A stretch of DNA of 28,398 nucleotides from a virus (IMGVR_UViG_3300030207_002496:1-28398); one strand, 5' to 3'. Counted from the first letter of the stretch, positions 1 to 8,027 are shown. Program-made: numbers and translations. Notes: generated by a model not told the origin, from the letters alone.

Positions 1-85
1 GCCTGTTCCTAATTGGAGAAAGAAAGACCCAGAGTGGTGGATTAATTACTTAAAAAGTTTAAACATCGACCCTAGAAACCCATGA
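1..85 (+). CDS. 3' end of small hypothetical phage protein (partial)
   Basis: Frame from nt 2 reads PVPNWRKKDPEWWINYLKSLNIDPRNP*; paralogous to 20001..20150; TGA overlaps next ATG (ATGA). Confidence 0.75.
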   Translation, partial: PVPNWRKKDPEWWINYLKSLNIDPRNP

Positions 86-243
86 TACATCAAATAGGTC
101 ACATAGCAGCAGCAACACTTAACAACCCATTTGGAATTGGTACACTGGGACTCATGCTAGTTACCGTCCCAATCATAGGTATGGATTTAGTTCATAAAAA
201 TAATTGGCAGCACTGGCAACCGTTTGACAGAAAACACAAATAA
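82..243 (+). CDS. small membrane protein, 53 aa (not in ORF track)
   Basis: MIHQIGHIAAATLNNPFGIGTLGLMLVTVPIIGMDLVHKNNWQHWQPFDRKHK; one hydrophobic segment; paralog at 19662..19820. Confidence 0.75.
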   Translation: MIHQIGHIAAATLNNPFGIGTLGLMLVTVPIIGMDLVHKNNWQHWQPFDRKHK

Positions 244-252
244 TAGTATCAT
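224..252 (+). promoter_or_regulatory. sigma70-type promoter for tRNA-Pro/purC
   Basis: TTGACA (224-229), 17-nt spacer, TATCAT (247-252), ending 12 nt upstream of the tRNA. Confidence 0.6.
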
Positions 253-264
253 TGAATGTATTGA

Positions 265-338
265 CGAGGTGTAGCTCAGTTTGGTAGAGCACTCGCTTTG
301 GGAGCGAGATGCCGCAGGTTCAAATCCTGTCACCTCGA
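265..338 (+). tRNA. trnP: tRNA-Pro(TGG)
   Basis: Acceptor CGAGGTG/CACCTCG, D arm GCTC/GAGC, anticodon arm CTCGC-TTTGGGA-GCGAG, T loop GGTTCAAATCC; CCA not encoded. Confidence 0.95.
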
Positions 339-360
339 TTGTCCACCAGGATGACACATT

Positions 361-1050
361 ATGCTTTTATTAGAGGGAAAAGTTAAATCAGTCCATGATT
401 TTGAGAATGCTGATGAAGTTCTCATTGTGTATCATGATAAAGTTACTGCTGGTAATGGTGAGAAAGAAGATTATCCTGCAGGAAAGGGATCATTGTGTTG
501 TCAAATCTCATCAATTCTGTTTGAAAAGTTAGCAGATCTAGGAATTAGAAATCATTACATTAGACAACTAGGTCCTAACAAAATGATTTGTAAGAAGGTA
601 AATATACTTCCATTGGAAGTTATTGTAAGAAACAGAGCAGCAGGTTCAATAGTAAGAACTACAACAATTCAAGAGGGACAACCAATTATTCCTGCTATTG
701 TTGAGTTCTTCCTTAAAGATGACTCAAAGCATGATCCATTACTTACACCAGATAGAGTAAAGTTGATGGGTATTGATCCTAAACCCCTTCAAGAACAGGC
801 ATCAATCATCAATGAACTTCTTCTTAACATATTTAATCTCATAGGTATGGACTTGATTGATTTCAAAATTGAATTTGGTATTGATAATCATGGAGAATTG
901 CTTCTTGCTGATGAGATATCTCCTGACTCAATGAGACTATGGTCTAAGGAAAATCAAGATAGATTTGATAAGGATTTGTTTAGATTGGATGAGGGAGATT
1001 TGGTCCCAGCATACAGAACAATTCTTGAAAAATTACAATTATTTGTTTGA
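361..1050 (+). CDS. purC: phosphoribosylaminoimidazole-succinocarboxamide (SAICAR) synthase
   Basis: EGKVK, PLEVIVRN.AAGS, EFFLKDD.KHDP, DFKIEFG, LADEISPDSMRLW, DKDLFR motifs. Confidence 0.95.
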   Translation: MLLLEGKVKSVHDFENADEVLIVYHDKVTAGNGEKEDYPAGKGSLCCQISSILFEKLADLGIRNHYIRQLGPNKMICKKVNILPLEVIVRNRAAGSIVRTTTIQEGQPIIPAIVEFFLKDDSKHDPLLTPDRVKLMGIDPKPLQEQASIINELLLNIFNLIGMDLIDFKIEFGIDNHGELLLADEISPDSMRLWSKENQDRFDKDLFRLDEGDLVPAYRTILEKLQLFV

Positions 1051-1066
1051 CATATATACATCAACT

Positions 1067-1240
1067 ATGGAATACTTTTCTGTGGAATACTGGCAGGAAA
1101 ACTGGGAAACTCTAATGAATAGAGTGGAGAATGGGGAAACAATTGGCGTAGAGAATGAGAATGGAAATAGGGCAGTTATGATACCAGCGGATGAAGAACT
1201 CATACGCATCTATAGAGACCTCAATAATGAGGCATCTTAA
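1067..1240 (+). CDS. Phd/YefM antitoxin-like small protein, 57 aa
   Basis: MEYFSVEYWQENWETLMNRVENGETIGVENENGNRAVMIP follows the Phd pattern (short strand, helix LxxRVExGE, beta hairpin, AVxxP); start re-called at ATG 1067. Confidence 0.5.
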   Translation: MEYFSVEYWQENWETLMNRVENGETIGVENENGNRAVMIPADEELIRIYRDLNNEAS

Positions 1241-1315
1241 GGGATTGTCGCATATTGGTTAATGCCCACTGCTTATAACGGTGTGAACTGGGTTCAATTC
1301 CCAGCAGTCCTACCA
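1241..1315 (+). tRNA. trnI: tRNA-Ile(TAT)
   Basis: Acceptor GGGATTG/CAGTCCT, anticodon arm CACTG-CTTATAA-CGGTG, T arm CTGGG-TTCAATT-CCCAG, encoded CCA 1313-1315. Confidence 0.88.
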
Positions 1316-1388
1316 GGGGGTTTAGCAATCTGGTGAATGCAGTAAACTCATAATTTACCTAAGGTGAGTTCAATTCTCACAACCCCTA
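1316..1388 (+). tRNA. tRNA with CAT anticodon (elongator Met, or Ile2 if lysidine-modified)
   Basis: Acceptor GGGGGTT/AACCCCT, anticodon arm GTAAA-CTCATAA-TTTAC, T arm GTGAG-TTCAATT-CTCAC; begins immediately after the CCA of the previous tRNA. Confidence 0.88.
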
Positions 1389-1390
1389 TT

Positions 1391-1441
1391 GGACAGTTTC
1401 AATGCTGTCCTCTTGACCTAAACAGTCAATCATCATAGAAT
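1391..1441 (+). promoter_or_regulatory. sigma70-type promoter with upstream inverted repeat
   Basis: GGACAG-N8-CTGTCC (1391-1410), then TTGACC (1413-1418), 17 nt, TAGAAT (1436-1441). Confidence 0.6.
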
Positions 1442-1463
1442 AACAAGGTATTCAAACAAGGCA

Positions 1464-1673
1464 ATGACTATCACTTCCAAGTTCAAAAAGGACATCAACA
1501 CTCTTCAGTGTGCTGTTGCTGGAGACTTCTTCTTGGATGTAAAGAATCCAAAACTTTACAAAAAGGTTCGCAAGTTTTATGAAAATAGTGGAGTGGTCTT
1601 TTCAGGTGACCCACTTGATGACTATGATATCCTTCTTGATTACCTTGCTTCTGATCTCAATACTGTGGCATGA
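1464..1673 (+). CDS. hypothetical cyanophage protein
   Basis: 69-aa ORF downstream of a promoter, ATGA-coupled to next gene. Confidence 0.8.
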   Translation: MTITSKFKKDINTLQCAVAGDFFLDVKNPKLYKKVRKFYENSGVVFSGDPLDDYDILLDYLASDLNTVA

Positions 1674-1912
1674 AAATTCTTCTAGAACAATTCCCCTATC
1701 GTTATGTTGAGAAAGGCACTATTGAACTCAATGGTATGCCTGACTACAGGATCCAAAAAGTAGATTCCTATACTGGTAAATACAAAGACATGTATCTTTG
1801 TGATAATCAGATGCAGTTACTTACTGCTATGGAAGACTTTGAATATACCAAATGGTTAGATCCTGATGGTGTTCCTTGTTATGTCAAAGATGTAGCAAGT
1901 AGAGTATTCTAA
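1670..1912 (+). CDS. hypothetical cyanophage protein
   Basis: 80-aa ORF with overlapping start/stop codons on both sides. Confidence 0.8.
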   Translation: MKILLEQFPYRYVEKGTIELNGMPDYRIQKVDSYTGKYKDMYLCDNQMQLLTAMEDFEYTKWLDPDGVPCYVKDVASRVF

Positions 1913-2166
1913 TGTTCAATGAAGATGCCATCAATCTAACATTTGTTCATCCTTGGATGACAGTATCTGATGCAAATCTTCTACTAGAAGATGCCTTCAA
2001 TAGGTTTAAATCACACAAGAGGTATCATGGATGGAAGACAGTTCAGACACTGATGAATATTAGTTATGGCATCTATCAAAGAGAATCTGAAGAGAACTTG
2101 AGGGTAAGAATAGATCTTATCAAGTCACGGATGGACTCAAACAGCACTGGTCGGGAAACCCCTTAG
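1912..2166 (+). CDS. hypothetical protein
   Basis: 84-aa ORF, TAATG-coupled; last ~14 codons overlap a structured RNA. Confidence 0.65.
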   Translation: MFNEDAINLTFVHPWMTVSDANLLLEDAFNRFKSHKRYHGWKTVQTLMNISYGIYQRESEENLRVRIDLIKSRMDSNSTGRETP

Positions 2167-2210
2167 AGTTTCTTGCTTCTCTTTAAAGAGTAAGTGGCGT
2201 GCATGGACCT
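2123..2210 (+). ncRNA. structured cyanophage RNA of the manA/wcaG motif class
   Basis: Hairpin AGTC-ACGGATG-GACT, GG-GAAA-CC tetraloop, stem AGAG/CTCT whose loop CTTGCTT can pair with downstream GAGTAAG (pseudoknot), then TGGCG; lies near tRNAs and upstream of a sugar-nucleotide epimerase gene. Exact Rfam family not verifiable by eye. Confidence 0.6.
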
Positions 2211-2217
2211 TTATTAA

Positions 2218-2248
2218 GCAGGGTGGGGAAACCTACTCTGCTTTTTTT
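2218..2248 (+). terminator. rho-independent terminator
   Basis: GCAGGGTGGG-GAAA-CCTACTCTGC followed by T7. Confidence 0.85.
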
Positions 2249-2255
2249 CTAAATA
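2249..2255 (+). promoter_or_regulatory. T4-type late promoter variant (CTAAATA)
   Basis: CTAAATA directly after the terminator T-run, 24 nt before ATG 2280. Confidence 0.5.
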
Positions 2256-2279
2256 GATGCAGTCTTATTAACTTGAAAA

Positions 2280-2531
2280 ATGGCAGCAAGAGGATCAGCA
2301 GCTAAGTCTGCTAGTGGGGCAGCAATGTCCAAGTATGATGTAGAAGTTGAAGCAAGATTGAGAGCATTGGAAGCAAAGGTGGAAGAACTTAAGTCAGCAC
2401 CTGCTCCTGAGGCACCAGCAGCACCTGCTCCTGAGGCACCAGCAGCATCTGCTGATGTTGACATTCTCTGGAAAATTGTAAAGGTTATGGAACCAAACTT
2501 TGATTATCTTGTCAAAAAATTTGGTGGTTGA
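2280..2531 (+). CDS. hypothetical protein with short coiled coil and Ala/Pro linker
   Basis: VEARLRALEAKVEELK heptads, then (APAPEAPA)2. Confidence 0.8.
   Translation: MAARGSAAKSASGAAMSKYDVEVEARLRALEAKVEELKSAPAPEAPAAPAPEAPAASADVDILWKIVKVMEPNFDYLVKKFGG
2397..2453 (+). repeat. 24-bp in-frame tandem repeat, ~2.4 copies
   Basis: GCACCTGCTCCTGAGGCACCAGCA at 2397-2420 and 2421-2444, partial GCATCTGCT after. Confidence 0.9.
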
Positions 2532-2537
2532 TATAAT
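2509..2537 (+). promoter_or_regulatory. sigma70-type promoter for the glycan operon
   Basis: TTGTCA (2509-2514), 17 nt, TATAAT (2532-2537) with TGn extended -10. Confidence 0.65.
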
Positions 2538-2559
2538 TACAGTATAAATTGGATTTACT

Positions 2560-3618
2560 ATGGCTCAGTATGTAAAAAAAGCGCTAGTTCTTGGCGCTGG
2601 TGGATTCATTGGAAGTCACATGGTCAAGAGATTGCGTGAAGAAGGATATTGGGTGAGGGGTGTTGATGTAAAACACCCTGAATTCAGTAAGTCTGCAGCG
2701 AATGAATTTGTTGTAGGAGATCTTACAGATAAGAGATTTGTAGAGAGAGTTCTAGAATATAAGGGTGATAGGGGTAATTTCTATCACTCTGTTCCAACAA
2801 GATATATTCAACCCTTTGATGAAATCTATCAGTTTGCTGCTGATATGGGTGGTGCTGGATATATTTTCACAGGAGATCATGATGCTGATGTGATGCATAA
2901 TAGTGTCACAATCAATCTTAATGTGCTTGAGTCACAGAAAGAGATGAATGAAAGGTATGGTAAGAATAGAACTAAGATTTTCTACTCTAGTTCTGCCTGT
3001 GCTTATCCAGAGTTTAATCAATTGGATCCTGATAATCCCAATTGTAGTGAAGATTCAGCATACCCTGCACAACCTGATAGTGAATATGGATGGGAAAAAC
3101 TTTTCTCTGAGAGATTATACTTTGCGTATAATCGTAATCATGGTATTCCTGTTAGGGTTGCTAGATATCACAACATTTTTGGTCCAGAGGGAACCTGGGA
3201 TGGAGGACGTGAGAAAGCACCAGCAGCAATCTGTAGAAAGGTTGCAGCTCTCCCAGAAGAGGGTGGCGCTATTGAGGTGTGGGGAGATGGCTTACAGACT
3301 AGATCCTTCTTGTTTGTCACTGAATGTGTGGAAGCAACCAGAAGGTTGATGGACTCAGACTTCATGGGACCTGTGAATATTGGTTCTGAGGAGATGGTTA
3401 CAATTAATCAACTAGTTGACACTGCTGCTAAGGTGGCAGGTAAAGATGTTCAGAAGATTCACATTGATGGACCTCTTGGTGTTCGTGGACGCAACTCTGA
3501 CAATAACCTTATCAGAGAAAAACTTGATTGGGACTATACAATGACCCTTGAAGAAGGCATTGCTAGTACATATGCATGGATCAATGAACAACTGACTGAA
3601 AAACTTGCACGATCATAA
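2560..3618 (+). CDS. NAD-dependent epimerase/dehydratase, GDP-mannose 3,5-epimerase-like
   Basis: GAGGFIG, FAADMGGAGYI, YSSSACAYP, YGWEK, GREKAPAAICRK, GVRGRNSDN: GME-subfamily signature. Confidence 0.9.
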   Translation: MAQYVKKALVLGAGGFIGSHMVKRLREEGYWVRGVDVKHPEFSKSAANEFVVGDLTDKRFVERVLEYKGDRGNFYHSVPTRYIQPFDEIYQFAADMGGAGYIFTGDHDADVMHNSVTINLNVLESQKEMNERYGKNRTKIFYSSSACAYPEFNQLDPDNPNCSEDSAYPAQPDSEYGWEKLFSERLYFAYNRNHGIPVRVARYHNIFGPEGTWDGGREKAPAAICRKVAALPEEGGAIEVWGDGLQTRSFLFVTECVEATRRLMDSDFMGPVNIGSEEMVTINQLVDTAAKVAGKDVQKIHIDGPLGVRGRNSDNNLIREKLDWDYTMTLEEGIASTYAWINEQLTEKLARS

Positions 3619-4424
3619 TGACAATTGGATTTAATTATCTTGGCAAACTGGGACAACTTGGTAATCAAATGTTCCAGTATGCTGCAACCCTTGGTGTTGC
3701 TCGCTACACTGGTGTTACATTTAGTATTCCAAACCATCAAGAGGTATTTGATGATGGGATTGGTAACAAATTAAGGATTGAACTGTTTGATTGCTTTAAC
3801 ATCAACCCAGAAAATACTGGTATTGTGAATACAGAATATATTCTCCAAGAAAAAGGATTTGAATTTGATCCTACTATTCTTCATAGTAGTAGACAGGTTG
3901 ACTATACTCTTTATGGTTTCTTTCAGACAGAGAAATACTTTAAGCACTGTGCTAGAGAGATTAGAGAAGAGCAATTTACATTCAAAAAACACATTATTGA
4001 TGAGTGTAAGGAGATTATTGAGGAGTGTTTTGAAGATCCCATTGCACTTCACATACGTAGAGGTGACTTCTTAATCAACTCTGCTAATCATCACAATCAA
4101 ACTCTTGATTATTATGAGGAAGCTCTTAGTAAGTTTGATGTAAAGAGGCAGGTTGTCATCTTTAGTGATGATCCAAAGTGGTGCATGGAACAAGAAATGT
4201 TCAGTGGAGATAGATTCCTTGTGTCAGAGGCAACTGGACCATATCATGACCTCTATCTAATGACTCAGTGTAGTGACTTCATTATTGCTAACTCATCATT
4301 CTCTTGGTGGGGTGCTTGGTTAGCAAACAAAGGTAAGGTGATTGCTCCTAAGAAGTGGTTTGGTCCAAATAATGCACATTTAAATACTAAAGATCTTTAC
4401 TGTAAGGGTTGGGAAGTCATATGA
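3618..4424 (+). CDS. GT11 alpha-1,2-fucosyltransferase-like glycosyltransferase
   Basis: GQLGNQMFQYA, GFFQTEKYF, HIRRGDF, FSDD, NSSFSWWGAWL. Confidence 0.92.
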   Translation: MTIGFNYLGKLGQLGNQMFQYAATLGVARYTGVTFSIPNHQEVFDDGIGNKLRIELFDCFNINPENTGIVNTEYILQEKGFEFDPTILHSSRQVDYTLYGFFQTEKYFKHCAREIREEQFTFKKHIIDECKEIIEECFEDPIALHIRRGDFLINSANHHNQTLDYYEEALSKFDVKRQVVIFSDDPKWCMEQEMFSGDRFLVSEATGPYHDLYLMTQCSDFIIANSSFSWWGAWLANKGKVIAPKKWFGPNNAHLNTKDLYCKGWEVI

Positions 4425-5143
4425 GTCCTAAGAAACTGTCAATTGCTATCCCCTCGTGGGGATCATATGGAAAAGGTGATGAGTTTATTGATGACCTTCT
4501 AAGGACCATTGAGATACAAACATTTAAGAACTTTGAAGTTTGTATCTCTGACCATTGTAAAGATGATATGGTTCTTGAAGTTGTTCAAAAGTTTTCAAAG
4601 AAATTTAAAATTAAGTATTTGAAGAATACAAAGGACCATGGTAATGGTCCTGCAAATACTAATAAAGCAATAGACATGTGTGAGGGTGAAGTCATCAAGG
4701 TAATGTTCCAAGATGACTTCTTTTATGATGATGAAGCATTGGAAAAGATCTATACATCATTGCACAATAGTGATAGAATGTGGTTGTTGAATGGTTGCAA
4801 CCATACCTATGATGATGGATGGAATTTTGTCAATGAAATGAATCCATCATGGAATCCCAGATTACTAGAGGGTGTAAACACAATCAGTGCTCCATCTGTT
4901 CTTGCTTTTAAGAAAGGTGTGACCAATAGATTTGATAAAAACCTTACATACTTTATGGATTGTGAGTTCTACTATGGGATGTATGAAAGGTATGGTGAAC
5001 CAATCTACTTGAATGATTGTCTTATTACTAACAGAGTTGGTGAATATTCTGTGACCACTAACGTTTCTCATAAGAATAGAGACTTTTATGTAGAGAAAGA
5101 AACAAAATACTGTAAGGAAAAGTATGACCTTATCAATTCATGA
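4421..5143 (+). CDS. GT2-family glycosyltransferase
   Basis: LSIAIP..QTFKNFEVCISD..G.ANTNKAI..FQDD..DCEFY; start re-called at ATG 4421 (ATGA overlap). Confidence 0.85.
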   Translation: MSPKKLSIAIPSWGSYGKGDEFIDDLLRTIEIQTFKNFEVCISDHCKDDMVLEVVQKFSKKFKIKYLKNTKDHGNGPANTNKAIDMCEGEVIKVMFQDDFFYDDEALEKIYTSLHNSDRMWLLNGCNHTYDDGWNFVNEMNPSWNPRLLEGVNTISAPSVLAFKKGVTNRFDKNLTYFMDCEFYYGMYERYGEPIYLNDCLITNRVGEYSVTTNVSHKNRDFYVEKETKYCKEKYDLINS

Positions 5144-5840
5144 AGAACCCTTTGATCATTGGATTATTGATGACTTCTTTTCTCCTGATAAAGCACAAAA
5201 GATAACTGAAAACTTCCCTGCTTATGATGATGAGAGGTGGTACTTTTACAAAAATCCAATTGAAAATAAGAAGACACTGCAAGACTGGTTGAGATTTCCT
5301 CCAGAGATCTATCAGACACTACAGGACTTGTGCTCTAATGATTTCATTGAGACTATCAAGTCAATGACTGGTATCAAAAACTTATATCCAGACTATGGAT
5401 TGCATGGTGGTGGTCTTCATATGCATGGTAGGGGTGGCAATCTAAACATCCACAAGGATTATTCAATTCATCCTAGATTGAAGATGCAGAGAAAACTCAA
5501 TCTAATAGTGTACATGTCTGATAATTGGGATCCTTCCTGGGGTGGTGGTCTTGAACTATGGTCAAACAACCCAGAAACAAATAGACCAAAAGAGTTAGTC
5601 AGAACAATTGAACCAAAGTTCAATAGAGCAATTTTATTTGATACCACACAGAATTCATGGCATGGATTACCCAAACCACTTTCTTGTCCAGAGGGTAAAT
5701 ATAGAAAAAGTCTTGCAGTCTATTATCTAACTGATGTAGATGAGAACACTGAGGAGAGATACAGGGCACTATTTGTACCAACAGAGGAGCAATTGACTGA
5801 CCCTAATATAATTAAATTATGTAAGGAGAGGTCTAAGTGA
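5124..5840 (+). CDS. 2OG-Fe(II) oxygenase (prolyl-hydroxylase-like)
   Basis: HKD facial-triad start, RKLNLIVY, WGGGLELW, FNRAILF, SWHG, RKS. Confidence 0.9.
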   Translation: MTLSIHEEPFDHWIIDDFFSPDKAQKITENFPAYDDERWYFYKNPIENKKTLQDWLRFPPEIYQTLQDLCSNDFIETIKSMTGIKNLYPDYGLHGGGLHMHGRGGNLNIHKDYSIHPRLKMQRKLNLIVYMSDNWDPSWGGGLELWSNNPETNRPKELVRTIEPKFNRAILFDTTQNSWHGLPKPLSCPEGKYRKSLAVYYLTDVDENTEERYRALFVPTEEQLTDPNIIKLCKERSK

Positions 5841-6508
5841 AGATAGCAGTTGTTACATCATCAATTGGAACGAATGAATTGATCAAACCAGTACCATTTA
5901 AGGGTGTGGACTATCATGCGTTTGTGGATAAGTCCCCTGCAAATGGATGGAATGTTCATCCTGTGCTACCATTCTCATCAGATCCTACTTACAAGAATAG
6001 AAGGAATGCAAAGGTTTATAAGGTTCTTCCCTTTGCTTTTCTTCCTGACTATGACTACTATTTTTGGGTTGACTCCACACATATTCTTGAATCTGACCCC
6101 TATGAGGTCATTGATAAATATCTGAGCAATAGTGATGTTGCAGTATTCAAGCACCCTGTTCAGAACTGTGTGTATGATGAAGGGAAGGAAGTCATAAGAA
6201 TCAACTTTGATCATGCAAACTTAGTTGAGGATCAACTTGATTTTTACAGGCACATGTGCTACCCTGAGCACAATGGACTGTATGAACTACCAGTAAGAGC
6301 ACAGAGAAACACACCATTGACCCAGAGAATGGGATGGATGTGGTGGGAACAAATCTGTATGTTCTCTTCAAGAGATCAGATTAGTTTTCCATTCGTATGT
6401 GAACAACTTGGTATCAAACCAAGCATCCTTCCTGGCAGAGCAAACACAATCAGAGGCAATAAAATAATGCCTCAAATAGTCTATTCAAACCATAGTAGAA
6501 CATCATGA
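5837..6508 (+). CDS. DUF616 (TOD1/MUCI70-type) glycosyltransferase-like protein
   Basis: RNAKVYKVLP, WVD, FKHP..NCVYDE, SRDQISF. Confidence 0.75.
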   Translation: MKIAVVTSSIGTNELIKPVPFKGVDYHAFVDKSPANGWNVHPVLPFSSDPTYKNRRNAKVYKVLPFAFLPDYDYYFWVDSTHILESDPYEVIDKYLSNSDVAVFKHPVQNCVYDEGKEVIRINFDHANLVEDQLDFYRHMCYPEHNGLYELPVRAQRNTPLTQRMGWMWWEQICMFSSRDQISFPFVCEQLGIKPSILPGRANTIRGNKIMPQIVYSNHSRTS

Positions 6509-7089
6509 ACATCTTAGAACAGATTGCAGCAAAGGCACAGAGAGGTGACACAGGAATGTCTCTCCATTATGGATTTCTGTATTCCTGTATTGTAGGTATG
6601 GAATCTAAAAGTGTCTTTGAATTTGGCAGTGGATTCTCAACACATGTTATTCTTCATGCACTTGAGAAGACTGGTGGAACTCTGACTAGTTGTGATGTTA
6701 CTAACTACAGTGATAATCCTAATGTCACTGACTTTACAAAGAATAGTAAGAGATGGAACTTCTACCATGGTAATAGCAATGAATTGTTTGCTGATGATGT
6801 AGAGTTTGATCAATATGATGTGATTCTCCATGATGGATCTCATATTGGAAGTGAAGTTTTGGTAGATTTGAACAACATCTACCCCTATCTAAAGCATGAT
6901 GGCATTTTGATTACTCATGATACAAGGCATCATACCCTTGGTGTGGGTATGATGGGTGCTGCTGAAGAGTTTGCAAAGGATAAAGATCTTGATATGTGTA
7001 CTCTACCTTATGGATATGGTTTGACTTTCTTTAGAAACAAAGGCAATATTGAAAATCCAGTGAACCTGACTTGGAGGAAGCGTTCATGA
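6505..7089 (+). CDS. class I SAM-dependent methyltransferase (Methyltransf_24-like)
   Basis: VFEFGSGFST, YDVILHDGSH, GILITHD. Confidence 0.85.
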   Translation: MNILEQIAAKAQRGDTGMSLHYGFLYSCIVGMESKSVFEFGSGFSTHVILHALEKTGGTLTSCDVTNYSDNPNVTDFTKNSKRWNFYHGNSNELFADDVEFDQYDVILHDGSHIGSEVLVDLNNIYPYLKHDGILITHDTRHHTLGVGMMGAAEEFAKDKDLDMCTLPYGYGLTFFRNKGNIENPVNLTWRKRS

Positions 7090-8027
7090 AGGCATTATTC
7101 TGTGAGCACCCTAATAAACCATTGAGAGGTGGTTATTGCTCTTATTACAGTGAGATCTTTCATGCTTTGAAGGACATATTTGATCTAGATCCTAATTGTA
7201 GTATTGATCATAAGAACTTTATTCCTAGAAAAACTAGTGAATTTGGTAATTATGATGTTGTTTTCTTGGGATTTGGACACACTGATTGTAGTGATGGCAA
7301 ACCAGCATCACTTGAAAGAGACAGCAATCATAAGTTATTCCCTATTCTTAACAAGGAATACACAGGTCTAAAGAATAAACTAGACTGGATCAGAGAGATG
7401 AGAGCAACTGCTGCTCTCAGTGTTCATCATGATGTAGATAAGTTCATGTCTCAGACTAGTATTCCATTCTACAGAATTATGTGGTCTGCCAACAGAAATC
7501 AATTCAAAAATTATGGTGGAGACTATGAGCATGACTTGTTTTTCTCTGGCGTAACAAGACCTGAACAGTCTGAAAACCTTAGAGAAAGAGTTCTATTAGA
7601 ATTAGATAGACTCAATGGTGATCTAGGTAATTTTATTAATGCAAGGTCACATAGAAATAACTATGCTGGCACCATGTTTTCTGATGATGAGTATGCAAGG
7701 CACCTCTCTAATTCAAAACTTTGTCTTGTAACCACTGGTCCTGCAGATCTTGTAGGCACTAGATACTTTGAAATTTTTTCTGCTAATAGAAGTCTTATCC
7801 TTTGCAATAGGATGAATGAAAAGGTTTATGATGACATGATGATTGATGGTGTCAACTGTGTTATGTTCTCAACAGTTGATGAATTCTATGATAAAGCAAA
7901 TTATTATCTCAAGAATGAAGAAGAAAGAATGGAGATTGTCAACAATGCTTACAATATTTTTAATAAAAGATTGACTTGGGATACAAGAGCATATGAAATT
8001 AAGCAGATTGTTGAGAAACACACATGA
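7086..8027 (+). CDS. GT-B glycosyltransferase, CgeB/Glyco_trans_1_2-like
   Basis: DLFFSG, SKLCL, TRYFEI, GVNCVMF, EERMEIVNNAY, TWDTRA; start re-called at ATG 7086 (ATGA overlap). Confidence 0.75.
   Translation: MKALFCEHPNKPLRGGYCSYYSEIFHALKDIFDLDPNCSIDHKNFIPRKTSEFGNYDVVFLGFGHTDCSDGKPASLERDSNHKLFPILNKEYTGLKNKLDWIREMRATAALSVHHDVDKFMSQTSIPFYRIMWSANRNQFKNYGGDYEHDLFFSGVTRPEQSENLRERVLLELDRLNGDLGNFINARSHRNNYAGTMFSDDEYARHLSNSKLCLVTTGPADLVGTRYFEIFSANRSLILCNRMNEKVYDDMMIDGVNCVMFSTVDEFYDKANYYLKNEEERMEIVNNAYNIFNKRLTWDTRAYEIKQIVEKHT

Noticed and set aside
965-1066. Extended start for the Phd-like ORF
   Set aside because: Lies inside purC; family pattern begins at ATG 1067
1316-1388. CAU tRNA as initiator fMet
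   Set aside because: Lacks the three consecutive G-C anticodon-stem pairs and the C1:A72 mismatch
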